A DNA stretch of 64,000 bases from an uncultured Gemmatimonadaceae bacterium (GTDB lineage: Bacteria; Gemmatimonadota; Gemmatimonadetes; Gemmatimonadales; Gemmatimonadaceae), in contig CAWFQK010000002.1 in NCBI GenBank assembly GCA_963817955.1, positions 672,001-736,000 on the forward strand. Reading direction: 5' to 3'. Both the position numbers and the translations under genes were made by a program. This document shows positions 1 to 9,212 of this stretch, piece by piece (the stretch's first letter is position 1; each line of letters opens with the position of its first letter). Below the pieces are notes generated by a model. The model saw nothing but the letters and a program-made list of their open reading frames with translations, had not been told where the DNA came from and did not search any database.

Positions 1-208
1 TCGTGATGAACGAGAAGGACTTATCCGAGAAGATCGTGATCTCGACCGGGAGAATCGTATCCTGGCCCTGCGTGCGAGCGTTGAACTCTTTGCAGAAGGC
101 CATGATGTTGATGCCCTGCGGACCAAGCGCCGTACCCACTGGAGGGGCCGGATTGGCTTTGCCCGCGGGGATCTGCAGCTTGACGAACCCCGTGACTTTC
201 TTTGCCAT
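1..208 (-). CDS. rplK: 50S ribosomal protein L11 (5' part, runs off window)
   Basis: Manual translation [43 protein letters not shown]; downstream of nusG. Confidence 0.97.
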   Translation of the reverse strand, partial: MAKKVTGFVKLQIPAGKANPAPPVGTALGPQGINIMAFCKEFNARTQGQDTILPVEITIFSDKSFSFIT

Positions 209-297
209 AGTACTCCTGACTGAATTCCGCCGTGTAGCGGTCGTTCTCCCACGGTGTGATTAGAGTCGTCGTGGTATCCGACCTCGTGCGAACCCGC

Positions 298-843
298 TCA
301 ATACGCCTTCAACTGCAGGTAATCCAACTCCACCGACGTCGGGCGTCCGAAGAGCGACACAGACACCCGCACCTTACCCTTGTCCGCCATCACTTCTTCG
401 ACCGTGCCGTTGAAATCGGTGAACGGTCCTTCGGTGATCGCCACTGCCTGACCCACCATGAACGGGATCTCCTCGCGAGGCACTTCTGCCTCCGCCTCGT
501 CGGCGATTCCGAGAAGCCGATTCACCTCGTCTGGACGCAACGGTTGCGGGAGCCGCGAATCATGCCCCACGAACTTGATGACGCCCTGGATTCCATTTAC
601 GACGTGCGCCGTCTCCTGGTTCAGATCCATCTCGACCAGCACATAGCCGGGATAGAGCTTCCGTTCCACCGTGACCTTCTTGCCGTTCTTGATCTCCACC
701 ACTTCCTGCGTCGGCACGAGCGCCTGGCGGATCGAACGATCTGCAGCCGGGCGTGCGTCGCCTTCGATCTTCCGCTGAATCAGCGTGCGAACTTTGTTTT
801 CGTGACCGGCCGTCGTCTGGATCGCGTACCAACGGTGTTCCAT
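298..843 (-). CDS. nusG: Transcription termination/antitermination factor NusG
   Basis: WYAIQT..GHE, KLYPGYVLVEM, KOW motif EGPFTDFNG, VSLFGRPT. Confidence 0.97.
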   Translation of the reverse strand: MEHRWYAIQTTAGHENKVRTLIQRKIEGDARPAADRSIRQALVPTQEVVEIKNGKKVTVERKLYPGYVLVEMDLNQETAHVVNGIQGVIKFVGHDSRLPQPLRPDEVNRLLGIADEAEAEVPREEIPFMVGQAVAITEGPFTDFNGTVEEVMADKGKVRVSVSLFGRPTSVELDYLQLKAY

Positions 844-847
844 GAAT

Positions 848-1108
848 TCAGCGCCCCGTGAAGAGCGATGGAATCGCCTTGATCAGAATGCCCTGCAGGA
901 CGAAGTCGAGGATCGTGATGAACAATCCGAGGACGAGCACGAAGATGATGATCGCCACCGTCGCCGACCGAACCTGCGGGAAGTCGGGCCACGTCACCTT
1001 GCGCATCTCTGCCATGACGCCCTGATAGAACGTCATGACACGGCTCCCCATGCCCGGCGTACTGCCCGAGCCTCCTGGCCCACCAGGACGAGCGACGGCG
1101 TCGGCCAT
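848..1108 (-). CDS. secE: Preprotein translocase subunit SecE
   Basis: EMRKVTWP motif plus one TM helix; between rpmG and nusG. Confidence 0.95.
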   Translation of the reverse strand: MADAVARPGGPGGSGSTPGMGSRVMTFYQGVMAEMRKVTWPDFPQVRSATVAIIIFVLVLGLFITILDFVLQGILIKAIPSLFTGR

Positions 1109-1260
1109 TACTTGGTTTCCTTATGAACCTGATGCTTGTTGCAACGCGGACAGTACTTCTTCCACTCGACGCGCTCTGGGTGCAGGCGCTTGTTCTTTGT
1201 GGTGAAGTAATTGCGATTCTTACAGTCGCTGCACGCGAGAATGATCTTGTCTCTGGGCAT
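1108..1260 (-). CDS. rpmG: 50S ribosomal protein L33, zinc-binding (C+) form
   Basis: Not in ORF track; [55 protein letters not shown] overlap with secE start. Confidence 0.96.
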   Translation of the reverse strand: MPRDKIILACSDCKNRNYFTTKNKRLHPERVEWKKYCPRCNKHQVHKETK

Positions 1261-1403
1261 TGCTGTACTTCAGGGTTTAAGGTTTGGGGGCAAAAGGTCT
1301 AGGAAGAGCCGCGCGGCGCGCGTCGGGAGAGGACACGACGAAGTGGCGCGCTAGTGCGCGCCACTCCGAGATTCGAACCCTCGACCTAAACCCTGTCTGT
1401 CAG

Positions 1404-1476
1404 AGCTGACGACCGGGATTGAACCGGTGACCTCACCCTTACCAAGGGTGTGCTCTACCAACTGAGCTACGTCAGC
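1404..1476 (-). tRNA. tRNA-Thr(GGT)
   Basis: Cloverleaf GCTGACG...CACCC TT GGT AA GGGTG...GGTTCAATCC; no encoded CCA. Confidence 0.96.
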
Positions 1477-1536
1477 GAACATGTGATCTCTCTTCAGTCC
1501 TGCCTCGTACTACCCAACCGTCAATCCGTTCCAAAG

Positions 1537-1609
1537 AGCGGGAGACGGGGCTCGAACCCGCGACATCAAGCTTGGAAGGCTTGCGCTCTACCAGCTGAGC
1601 TACTCCCGC
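1537..1609 (-). tRNA. tRNA-Gly(TCC)
   Basis: GCGGGAG...CAAGC CT TCC AA GCTTG...GGTTCGAGCC. Confidence 0.96.
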
Positions 1610-1668
1610 ATACCTGCTCCCTACTCCCGGCCGCATCTCACATCACACCGATCTGCAGGCCACCCAAA

Positions 1669-1753
1669 TGGTGGGGGAAGGATTCGAACCTTCGTAGGGC
1701 GTTAACCCGGCAGATTTACAGTCTGCTGCCATTAGCCACTCGACCACCCCACC
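1669..1753 (-). tRNA. tRNA-Tyr(GTA)
   Basis: GGTGGGG...GCAGA CT GTA AA TCTGC, long variable arm, GGTTCGAATCC. Confidence 0.96.
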
Positions 1754-1821
1754 GGATGTTCGCACGTCCTATCAACTGCCACTCCCCATCGCGGTGACGA
1801 GTCACCTGCACCCAACTCCAG

Positions 1822-1894
1822 AGCTGACGGCCAGAATCGAACTGGCAACCGCCTGATTACAAATCAGGTGCTCTGCCAATTGAGCTACGTCAGC
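1822..1894 (-). tRNA. tRNA-Thr(TGT)
   Basis: GCTGACG...CCTGA TT TGT AA TCAGG...AGTTCGATTC. Confidence 0.96.
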
Positions 1895-1921
1895 AGACAG
1901 GCAATTTTGCGCGAGACTCTT

Positions 1922-1950
1922 AGGATAAGTGAGGCCGGAAACGCTGTCAA
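1922..1950 (-). promoter_or_regulatory. Sigma70-type promoter of the tRNA/rpmG/secE/nusG operon
   Basis: TTGACA-N17-TATCCT on minus strand, ~27 nt upstream of first tRNA. Confidence 0.8.
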
Positions 1951-1991
1951 GCCGCGCTGCGACGGGGGGTTAGCGGCTGCCTAACCAATGG

Positions 1992-3403
1992 CTACCGAAC
2001 AGACTTCCATTTCGTCCCCCCCGGCGTGTCCTCGATCGCAATCCCGCGCGCCGTCAAGTCGCCGCGAATCCGGTCCGCCTCGGCGAAATCCCGCTTCTCC
2101 CGCGCCGCTCGCCGAGCCGCAAGTCGCTCCTCCACCCATCCCGACAACGCCGGATCCTCGACCATCCGGTCCGGCACGATATCCAAGATTCCTTTGATCA
2201 ACGCGAAGCCTTTGCGCGCCCGCTCGAGCGCCTCAGTATCCCCCCCCGCCTGTCCAACTCGGCGTTCGCTCGCGTGATGAACGTGAACATCCCTGCCAAG
2301 GCGCTCGGCGCGTTCAGGTCGTCGAATAGTGCAGCCTCGACCTCGGCTACCGCCACATCCGCCGCCCGAGCAAGCTCCGCCGTTCCACCGCTCGCCGTCG
2401 CCAACCGCTCAGCAAAATCCCCGACGCGGCGCACCGCGTTGATCGATGCCTCCAGCGCATCCTCGGAAAGGTTGAGCTCCTTCCGATAATGGGTGTTGAA
2501 GACGAAATGCCGAACAGCCGCGGCCGAGATGTGTGCCTCGCGCATCCCCTGCACCGTTGTCACGTTCCCGAGACGCTTGGCCATCTTGGTGCCTTCCGTG
2601 AGCAAGAAAGCACCATGGCACCAGAAACGTGAGAACGTCGCGCCCGTTGCAGCCTCGGATTGGGCGATCTCGTCCTCATGGTGTGGAAAGATCAGGTCGA
2701 TGCCGCCGCAGTGGATATCGAGCGTATCGCCGAGCAGGTCGAGCGCCATCGCGGAGCACTCGAGGTGCCATCCGGGCCGGCCGCGGCCCCACGGAGAGTC
2801 CCACGCCGCGCCCGCTGCTTCATCCTCCGGCTTGGCCGCTTTCCACAGCGCGAAGTCCTGCGCGTTCTCCTTGGTGTAATCGTCTTGCGCCACACGCGCG
2901 CCCGACTTCACCTCCCGCGTGTCGAGCCGTGACAGCTTGCCGTAGCCCGCGAAACGGTCGATCGCGAAGTACACTGAATGATCGTCGGCGACGTAGGCCA
3001 CGCCACGCTCAATGAGCCGCTCGACGAGCGAGATCATCTGCGGCACGTACTCCGTCGCCTTCGGATACGCCTCCGCGGGCTCGATCCGCAGATATTCGCG
3101 GTCCTCGTGAAAGATCTTCGTCACCGGTTCGGTGACTTCGCGGATCGTCTTGCCCTGCTCGTGCGCGCGGCGGATGATCTTGTCGTCCACGTCCGTCAGG
3201 TTCATCACCTGACGCACCCCCCAGCCGCGGAGCCGCAGCGCGCGCCGCAACAGATCGCTGAACAGAAACGTGCGAAAGTTTCCGAGGTGCGCCGGATTGT
3301 AGACTGTCGGCCCGCAGCTATAGATGCGAACGGTTTTCCCATCGGCTGGCGCGAACGGCTCCACCGAGCGGGTCATCGTGTTGAACAAGCGAAAATCGGG
3401 CAT
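1992..3403 (-). CDS. cysS: Cysteine--tRNA ligase (apparent frameshift at G8 run ~2240-2247)
   Basis: [29 protein letters not shown]-terminal [11 protein letters not shown] block is in another frame; one extra G restores [23 protein letters not shown]. Confidence 0.93.
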
Positions 3404-3434
3404 CGATCTCGGTGTGCGGGACGGTTTGTGAATG

Positions 3435-3983
3435 CTAGACGGCCCGGAATTGTCGGTCAACAAAACGCGCCTGTTCGAACTTGCGAGCCCGAACGAGCGG
3501 CGCCACGTACAGCCGCCCACCCCGCAGTGTCAGGACACGGCGCGCGAGTCGCCGCACGTCGGCCGGATCGCGTGCGCTCAACACGACCGCGTCATTCCGT
3601 GCGCACCGCTCCTCGATCCATGCTCGAGTCGTCACCAAGGATTGGTTCGTGCCGCTGACATCCACCAAGTGTACATGCCCCCCGTCGGCGGTCCCGCCGC
3701 GCAGGAGATCGGCTGGCGCGTAGTGGTAGAGAACGCGCCGCACGACTCTAGCTCGCAACGACTCGCCGAACCAACGCAGCTCGCCTGAGTCCGGTCGCAG
3801 CAGACCGGCGGCGCACAGTAGCAAGGTCGATTTGCCGGCACCGTGCTCGCCAACGATCGCGACGGCTTCGCCTGGATCCACCACGAGATCGACTCCCCGT
3901 AGCACATCCACCGACGCGACACACGTGCCCGTGCCGAGGGTGAATCGCTTGGTGACACCCCACAACTCGAGCGCGGCGACCAT
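3435..3983 (-). CDS. Short, degenerate ABC-type ATP-binding protein
   Basis: [29 protein letters not shown] (Walker A); no LSGGQ signature. Confidence 0.7.
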   Translation of the reverse strand: MVAALELWGVTKRFTLGTGTCVASVDVLRGVDLVVDPGEAVAIVGEHGAGKSTLLLCAAGLLRPDSGELRWFGESLRARVVRRVLYHYAPADLLRGGTADGGHVHLVDVSGTNQSLVTTRAWIEERCARNDAVVLSARDPADVRRLARRVLTLRGGRLYVAPLVRARKFEQARFVDRQFRAV

Positions 3984-4200
3984 GCGGCATGCATATGGTC
4001 CGCGGCGCCGCGGTCCGTGACCACGACGCCGCGCGTCGTACCCTTTCACCGCTGCGCCACCCAAATACTGCTTTGTCCGAGGTTGAGCGCTAGGGGCGGT
4101 AACGGCGCGAACGACTGCGACTGGGTCCGTCGCGTTAGCAGACTGTTGACATACGAGTGAATCGCCAGCAATCGGTTACGCGGCTGCGAAGATCGTGATC

Positions 4201-4258
4201 TGAGCGACGCCTGTCATCCTGAGCGACGCCTGTCATCCTGAGCGAAAGCGAAGGATCT
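4201..4258. repeat. REP-like palindrome preceded by two 19-bp tandem copies
   Basis: TGAGCGACGCCTGTCATCC x2 (4201-4238), then TGTCATCCTGAGCGAAAGCGAAGGATCT with an ATCCT/AGGAT stem. Confidence 0.7.
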
Positions 4259-4273
4259 CTGTGACCGATAGAC

Positions 4274-4644
4274 CAGCTTTTGAACGCAGAGGACGCAGAG
4301 AACTGCAGGAGGTCGCAGAGAACTGCCAGAGAACTGCAGAGAACCGTGAAGGATTGTCTCGCCTGGAAGGCTTGGATGATGCCGTCGTGAGGCTCCGATG
4401 GTATCGCCCAGGTCGGGATCATCAACGATATGGGCGGCCTGATTGTGGACTCGGCATCCACAGTTCATTCCACCGATACGCGCTTCCTCTTCCGTACGCT
4501 TCCAGTTCTCTGCAGTCTTCTTTTGCAGTTCTCTTTTTGCAGTTCTCTTTTGCAGCTCTCTGTTGCAGTTCTCTGTTGCAGTTCTCTGTTGCAGTTCTCT
4601 GCAGTTCTCTTGCAGTTCTCTGCGTCCTCTGCGTTCAAAAGCTG
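4274..4644. repeat. Element bounded by a perfect 34-bp inverted repeat with internal (G)CAGTTCTCT sub-repeats
   Basis: CAGCTTTTGAACGCAGAGGACGCAGAGAACTGCA (4274-4307) is the reverse complement of 4611-4644; ~10 CAGTTCTCT-type units at 4503-4621. Confidence 0.9.
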
Positions 4645-4729
4645 TTGCGCCGTTTGCGTTAAAAGGCCGTCCGGCCCTCGAAGTGATCTGACTCCTGTTC
4701 AGCTATTTCAACAGTCTGTTAGGCAAGGT

Positions 4730-4996
4730 CAAGCGATCGGGACGGCGGGTGACTGTGATCAGTCATCAGTAAGCGGTGCTCAGTCGTCAGTCGCGCGGCT
4801 ACGCGACGGCGCCTCGGTCGAGCTGGCCTCCGTGGCCGCGCGTTCTTTTTGGTGGTGGATGTTCGCGCCTCTATTCGCCCGATCGAGGGCTGTCGGGGTC
4901 CGCAGTTGTCGAGGGCTGTCGAGGTCCTCAGTCACTGAGGACTGACGACCCACGCACTGATGACTGACCACAGTCACCCGCCGTCCCGATCGCTTG
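4730..4996. repeat. Element bounded by a 41-bp inverted repeat (1 mismatch) with TCAGTCA/ACTGATG heptamer sub-repeats
   Basis: CAAGCGATCGGGACGGCGGGTGACTGTG(A/G)TCAGTCATCAGT at 4730-4770 and its reverse complement at 4956-4996. Confidence 0.9.
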
Positions 4997-5092
4997 CGCC
5001 TGCCCCCGCTCGATCATCCGCCGACTGCGCGGCAGTAGGATGACAGGGCATCCAGGTTGACCGGCATCTCGTGTCCCGTGTGCCGTGTCACC

Positions 5093-6310
5093 CTACGCGC
5101 TCCGCGTCACGCCTCTCCGCTCGGCGTCGGACACGACGTCGAGCGCGGTGCCGGAAGGCACGAGAACGCCGCCGCCTGGAACCGGCACACGTAACACCAG
5201 CGGTCGTTCGCGTGTCGCGCGGCGAAACCCCTGTCCCTCATAAATGCGCGTGATCAAGATGCGCCGCACGATCACCATGAGCGCTGCCAGCGTGGGTAGA
5301 GCGACGATCAGGCCCATGCCGCCGAGCAATTGCCCCATGACGAGCACGGCCATGATGGTCAGGACCGGCGGCAGATCGACCTTCCGTGACATAACGAGGG
5401 GCGATACCACGTTGCCCTCGATGAGGTGCACGATCACGCCTAGGCCGACGACGAGTAACGCATGGCCGAGCGGGCTGAAGCCGTGCCACCCCGTGCCCGT
5501 CAAAACGAACAGCGCCGGCACGGTGGTGGACAGCAGCGTGCCAAAGAACGGAATGATCGCCACCAGACCGGTGAAGATTCCGAATGGCAGCCAGTACGGG
5601 ACACTCAATATCCACAGACCGAAGGCGGTGATCGCCCCGAGGAACGTCATCGTCAGGAGCTGGCCGACGATGTACGCACGAAGCGAGTCGGCAAGATCGG
5701 CCAGGACGTCGCGCACGAGGTCGCGATGAATTGGCGGAAAGAGCGCGATCAACCACTCGCGATAGAGCGCCGGATGCAACGCCAAGTAGATGGCCATCAC
5801 GCCAACGGCGAAGACATTGATCGCCACGTGCACGATCTCGAACAGCTTCGTCGGAATGCTGGTGAATATTCCGGCCAGCTGTCCGTAAATCGCCTGCAGC
5901 GTGCGGTGATCGCCCGATTGGCCGATCATGTCATGCATGCCGGGAAACCGGCTAGCGAGCGAATCGATTCCCGACTCCCACGAGTTCACGAACGTCGGCA
6001 AATCGAGCACGAGCTGGCGGGTCTGCTCGACGACAGGCGGCACGAGGATGAACGCGAGCAAGACCAGCAACCCGACCGTCCCGATGATCGCGATGGCTAA
6101 CCCGAGCGACTCGGGTGCGCGGAGCCGGCGCTGGATCCAGTCGGAAACCGCTCCCAGGTACAGAGAGACGAGGATTCCGAGCATCAACAGCACAAAAACC
6201 TGAGCGACGGTCTTGAACAGCCAGAGGAGCAGAACTGTCAGAACCGTCGCTGTCAGGATCGGGGCGAACTTGAGACGTCCGCTCCCGTTCCGAATCGCGT
6301 CAGCTGTCAA
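5093..6310 (-). CDS. AI-2E family transporter
   Basis: Multi-TM; IPFFGT, HLIEGNVVSPLVMSRKVDLPP, GMGLIVALP motifs. Confidence 0.9.
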   Translation of the reverse strand: MTADAIRNGSGRLKFAPILTATVLTVLLLWLFKTVAQVFVLLMLGILVSLYLGAVSDWIQRRLRAPESLGLAIAIIGTVGLLVLLAFILVPPVVEQTRQLVLDLPTFVNSWESGIDSLASRFPGMHDMIGQSGDHRTLQAIYGQLAGIFTSIPTKLFEIVHVAINVFAVGVMAIYLALHPALYREWLIALFPPIHRDLVRDVLADLADSLRAYIVGQLLTMTFLGAITAFGLWILSVPYWLPFGIFTGLVAIIPFFGTLLSTTVPALFVLTGTGWHGFSPLGHALLVVGLGVIVHLIEGNVVSPLVMSRKVDLPPVLTIMAVLVMGQLLGGMGLIVALPTLAALMVIVRRILITRIYEGQGFRRATRERPLVLRVPVPGGGVLVPSGTALDVVSDAERRGVTRSA

Positions 6311-7086
6311 TGGCCTTTGTTCTCGCTGGATTCCTCGATCTCGGCGTGCACTTCCTCTTCATTAATTCCCGCGCCGAGTGCTTTCTTCTGCGGTGATCCA
6401 GCAGGGAGCATGCCCATCTTCTGCTTGAGCGCGAGGAGTTGCACGTCCACGCTCCCGGCAACGGCACCCTTCTCGAGCGCCTTGAAATCCTGCGCCAGGC
6501 GATCGCCAGTGAATTCCTCCTCGATCTCGACGGACGCCTTGAGCTGTCGTTCGCTCTGGTCGATGCGCTCTTCCATGCGTGCGAACGCCTCGAACGCCGA
6601 CTTCTCCGATAGCGACGACATCGTTTCGTGGATCCGCTTCTGCGCCTGCGCACGCCGCTGACGGGCAACGAGCAGGTTCTTCTTGCGCTTGGCTTCCTCG
6701 ATCTTGTCGTTGAGGTCGCGCAGCGAGTTCTTCAATTTCTCCGTTTCGGACCGGTGCGACTCCCACGTCTGCTCGAGCTGCTGCCCCGCCGACACGTGCT
6801 CGCCTTGCCGCAGGAGTGCCTGCTTCGCGAGATCGTCGCGGCCTTCCTTGATGGCGAGCATCGCCTTCTGCTCCCAATCCTGCGCTTGCCTGAACTCGGC
6901 GTCGGCCTGATCGCGCAGCCGCTTCTCGTCGGCGATCGCCGTCGCGACCTGTTGCTTGGCTTTCGCGAGCTGCCCGCGCATGTCAACCAGGATCTGGTTG
7001 AGCATCTTCTCGGGGTCTTCGGCCCGCGAGATGAGATCATTGATGTTGGAGCGGAGCAGGCCCGAGAGCCGATCGAATATGCCCAT
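6307..7086 (-). CDS. pspA: PspA/IM30 family protein
   Basis: MGIFDRLSGLLRSNINDLISRAEDPEKML, GRDDLAKQAL, coiled coil. Confidence 0.95.
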   Translation of the reverse strand: MGIFDRLSGLLRSNINDLISRAEDPEKMLNQILVDMRGQLAKAKQQVATAIADEKRLRDQADAEFRQAQDWEQKAMLAIKEGRDDLAKQALLRQGEHVSAGQQLEQTWESHRSETEKLKNSLRDLNDKIEEAKRKKNLLVARQRRAQAQKRIHETMSSLSEKSAFEAFARMEERIDQSERQLKASVEIEEEFTGDRLAQDFKALEKGAVAGSVDVQLLALKQKMGMLPAGSPQKKALGAGINEEEVHAEIEESSENKGH

Positions 7087-7089
7087 GAT

Positions 7090-7494
7090 TTAGCGTGCCT
7101 CGCGGTACGAGCCGATTTCGCGCAGATGAGACGCCAACGCGACGGTGATGCTTTCGTACGCGGCGAGGAACTCCTCGAAATCCAGATGCGACAACTCCAA
7201 TGCTTCGGTCATGACGATCGCCTGGTCTTCGATTCCGTACGACCCGTGCACGAGATCGGTCGCATTCAGCTCGAGCAGGCGGCGACTGAGCGTGGCCAGC
7301 GTTTCGGCGTCGGCGGGAAGCGTCATGACCTTCACGCGCAGAATGACCACCGGCGGCGAATAGTTGACGACGACGCTGAAATCGAGCTCACCGCTCGGCC
7401 GGATGATCCACAGTCCTGGTTCCACTTCGGTGTGGCTCGCCCCGTCGGCGCTGAGCCGATTCAGGAAGCCTTCAATGTCTTCTTTGGTGACCAT
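7090..7494 (-). CDS. CesT/YbjN-like chaperone-fold protein
   Basis: RRLLELNATDLVHGSYGI, LDFEEF; coupled upstream of pspA. Confidence 0.75.
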   Translation of the reverse strand: MVTKEDIEGFLNRLSADGASHTEVEPGLWIIRPSGELDFSVVVNYSPPVVILRVKVMTLPADAETLATLSRRLLELNATDLVHGSYGIEDQAIVMTEALELSHLDFEEFLAAYESITVALASHLREIGSYREAR

Positions 7495-7604
7495 CGCGAA
7501 TCCTTGCGTGGATACTGTTAGTCCTACGAACGAAATCGGCAGACGTTTCAGGCCGAGGCTAAGCTACGCACGACCGCCGGTCGGTGCGAGATCGCCGGGC
7601 GGGC

Positions 7605-8483
7605 TTAGCCCCGCTTGATTTGCACCAATCTTTCTTTCGACAACCGACGACCAGTGGGCGTCGCAGCCAAGCCGCCGCCCGCGGTCTCACGGTAACGTAC
7701 GTCCATCTCGCGGCCAATGTCGCCCATCGTATCGATAACCTCGTCGGCCGGAATAGCGAAGGTGATTCCGGCCAACGCCATCTCGATCGCGGCGAGCGCG
7801 ATGGCGGCGCCAGTCGCATTCCGGAAGACGCATGGCAGTTCGACGAGGCCCCCCAACGGGTCGCAGATGAGCCCGAGCGTGCCCTGCTGTGCCAGCGCGA
7901 CGGCATTCGACACCTGGGTTGGGGTGCCGCCAAGCATCTCCGTGGCGGCACCCGCGGCCATTCCGGCGGCGGCCCCAGTCTCCGCTTGGCATCCACCCTC
8001 GGCGCCGGATAATGACGCACGCTCGGCCACCACCGCGCCGATCAAGCCGGCCGTCGCCAGGGCGTCGACGAGCTTTTCCTCGGAAATGTCGTTCGCGACG
8101 GCGAGCCCGGTGAGGACGGCAGGCAGAACGCCCGCACCGCCCGCCGTTGGCGCGGCGACGATGACCCCCATGGCCGCATTCACTTCCTGGACGGCGAGCG
8201 CGCGCGCAAGAATATCGCGGAACGGCGTGCCGGCGAGTGGTCCCGGCGGTCCGTTCACGAGCTTGGCGGCGTCGCCCCCGACGAGGCCGGACGCGGACTT
8301 GAGATTGCCGGTGCGTCCCAGGTCGACGGCACCCTGCATGACGTAGAGCGCCCGGCGCAGCACGTCACGGATCTCGCCGACGGGCCGCCCCTGATCCTCC
8401 GACTCCCGATCGAGCGCCACGGTGGCCAGCGTCACGCCGCGGGCCTCGGCGTCGCGAACGGCGGCGGCAAGCGAGTGATACAT
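7605..8483 (-). CDS. sdaAA: L-serine dehydratase, Fe-S dependent, alpha subunit
   Basis: IVAAPTAGGAG, SGAEGGCQAE, GLICDPLGGLVELPC, RETAGGGLA. Confidence 0.95.
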   Translation of the reverse strand: MYHSLAAAVRDAEARGVTLATVALDRESEDQGRPVGEIRDVLRRALYVMQGAVDLGRTGNLKSASGLVGGDAAKLVNGPPGPLAGTPFRDILARALAVQEVNAAMGVIVAAPTAGGAGVLPAVLTGLAVANDISEEKLVDALATAGLIGAVVAERASLSGAEGGCQAETGAAAGMAAGAATEMLGGTPTQVSNAVALAQQGTLGLICDPLGGLVELPCVFRNATGAAIALAAIEMALAGITFAIPADEVIDTMGDIGREMDVRYRETAGGGLAATPTGRRLSKERLVQIKRG

Positions 8484-8507
8484 AAGCGTTATAACATTGC
8501 CATTTAC

Positions 8508-9176
8508 TTACGCCGAAACCTTGTCGAGGCGGAACGACCACCGCACCCAGGGGAGCGCGCGGATGTGGTCGCGGACGCGCTCGTCGGGGTACGCGTCGAG
8601 CTCGATCACCATGAACGCGTCGCCGCCACGCTTCTTTCGCGTGAGGCGGAGCGTCGCGATGTTCAGCTCATCGTCGGCCAGCAGGGTCGCGATGCGTGCC
8701 ACCGAGCCTTTGATGTCCTCGGCCACCAGCACGATCGTGTGATAGTTGCCCGACACTTCCACGGGGTATCCGTCGATCTCCGTCACGAGCACGCGGCCGG
8801 CGCCCAGTGACGAGCCCATCATGATGACCGACCGGGCGCCGCGTTCGACCGTGATGCGCACGCTGTTCGGATGCGCCTCCTCGTCGAGCGTCGTCTTCTC
8901 GAAAGTGAACTGGAGCCCTTCGCCCTCGGCAATCTCGAGCGCCGTGCGGATACGCTCATCGTCGGGACGAAAGCCCATGAGACCAGCGGCGATCGCCTTG
9001 TCGGTACCGTGCCCCTCGCCGGTGCGGGCAAAGGATCCATGGAGTTCGATCTTGGCGCGTTCGGGCGTGCCGCCGACGAGCCCGCGCGCGAGCAGCCCGA
9101 GCCGACAGGCCCCCGCAGTATGCGAGCTCGACGGCCCCACCATGACGGGACCGATGATGTCGAGAAGAGAGACCAT
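8508..9176 (-). CDS. sdaAB: L-serine dehydratase beta subunit (ACT domain)
   Basis: DIIGPVMVGPSSSHTAGA, GSFARTGEGHGTD, HPNSV. Confidence 0.95.
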   Translation of the reverse strand: MVSLLDIIGPVMVGPSSSHTAGACRLGLLARGLVGGTPERAKIELHGSFARTGEGHGTDKAIAAGLMGFRPDDERIRTALEIAEGEGLQFTFEKTTLDEEAHPNSVRITVERGARSVIMMGSSLGAGRVLVTEIDGYPVEVSGNYHTIVLVAEDIKGSVARIATLLADDELNIATLRLTRKKRGGDAFMVIELDAYPDERVRDHIRALPWVRWSFRLDKVSA

Positions 9177-9212
9177 GGGGAAAAGTAAGCTCGTTGATAC
9201 TGATTGCCGGTC

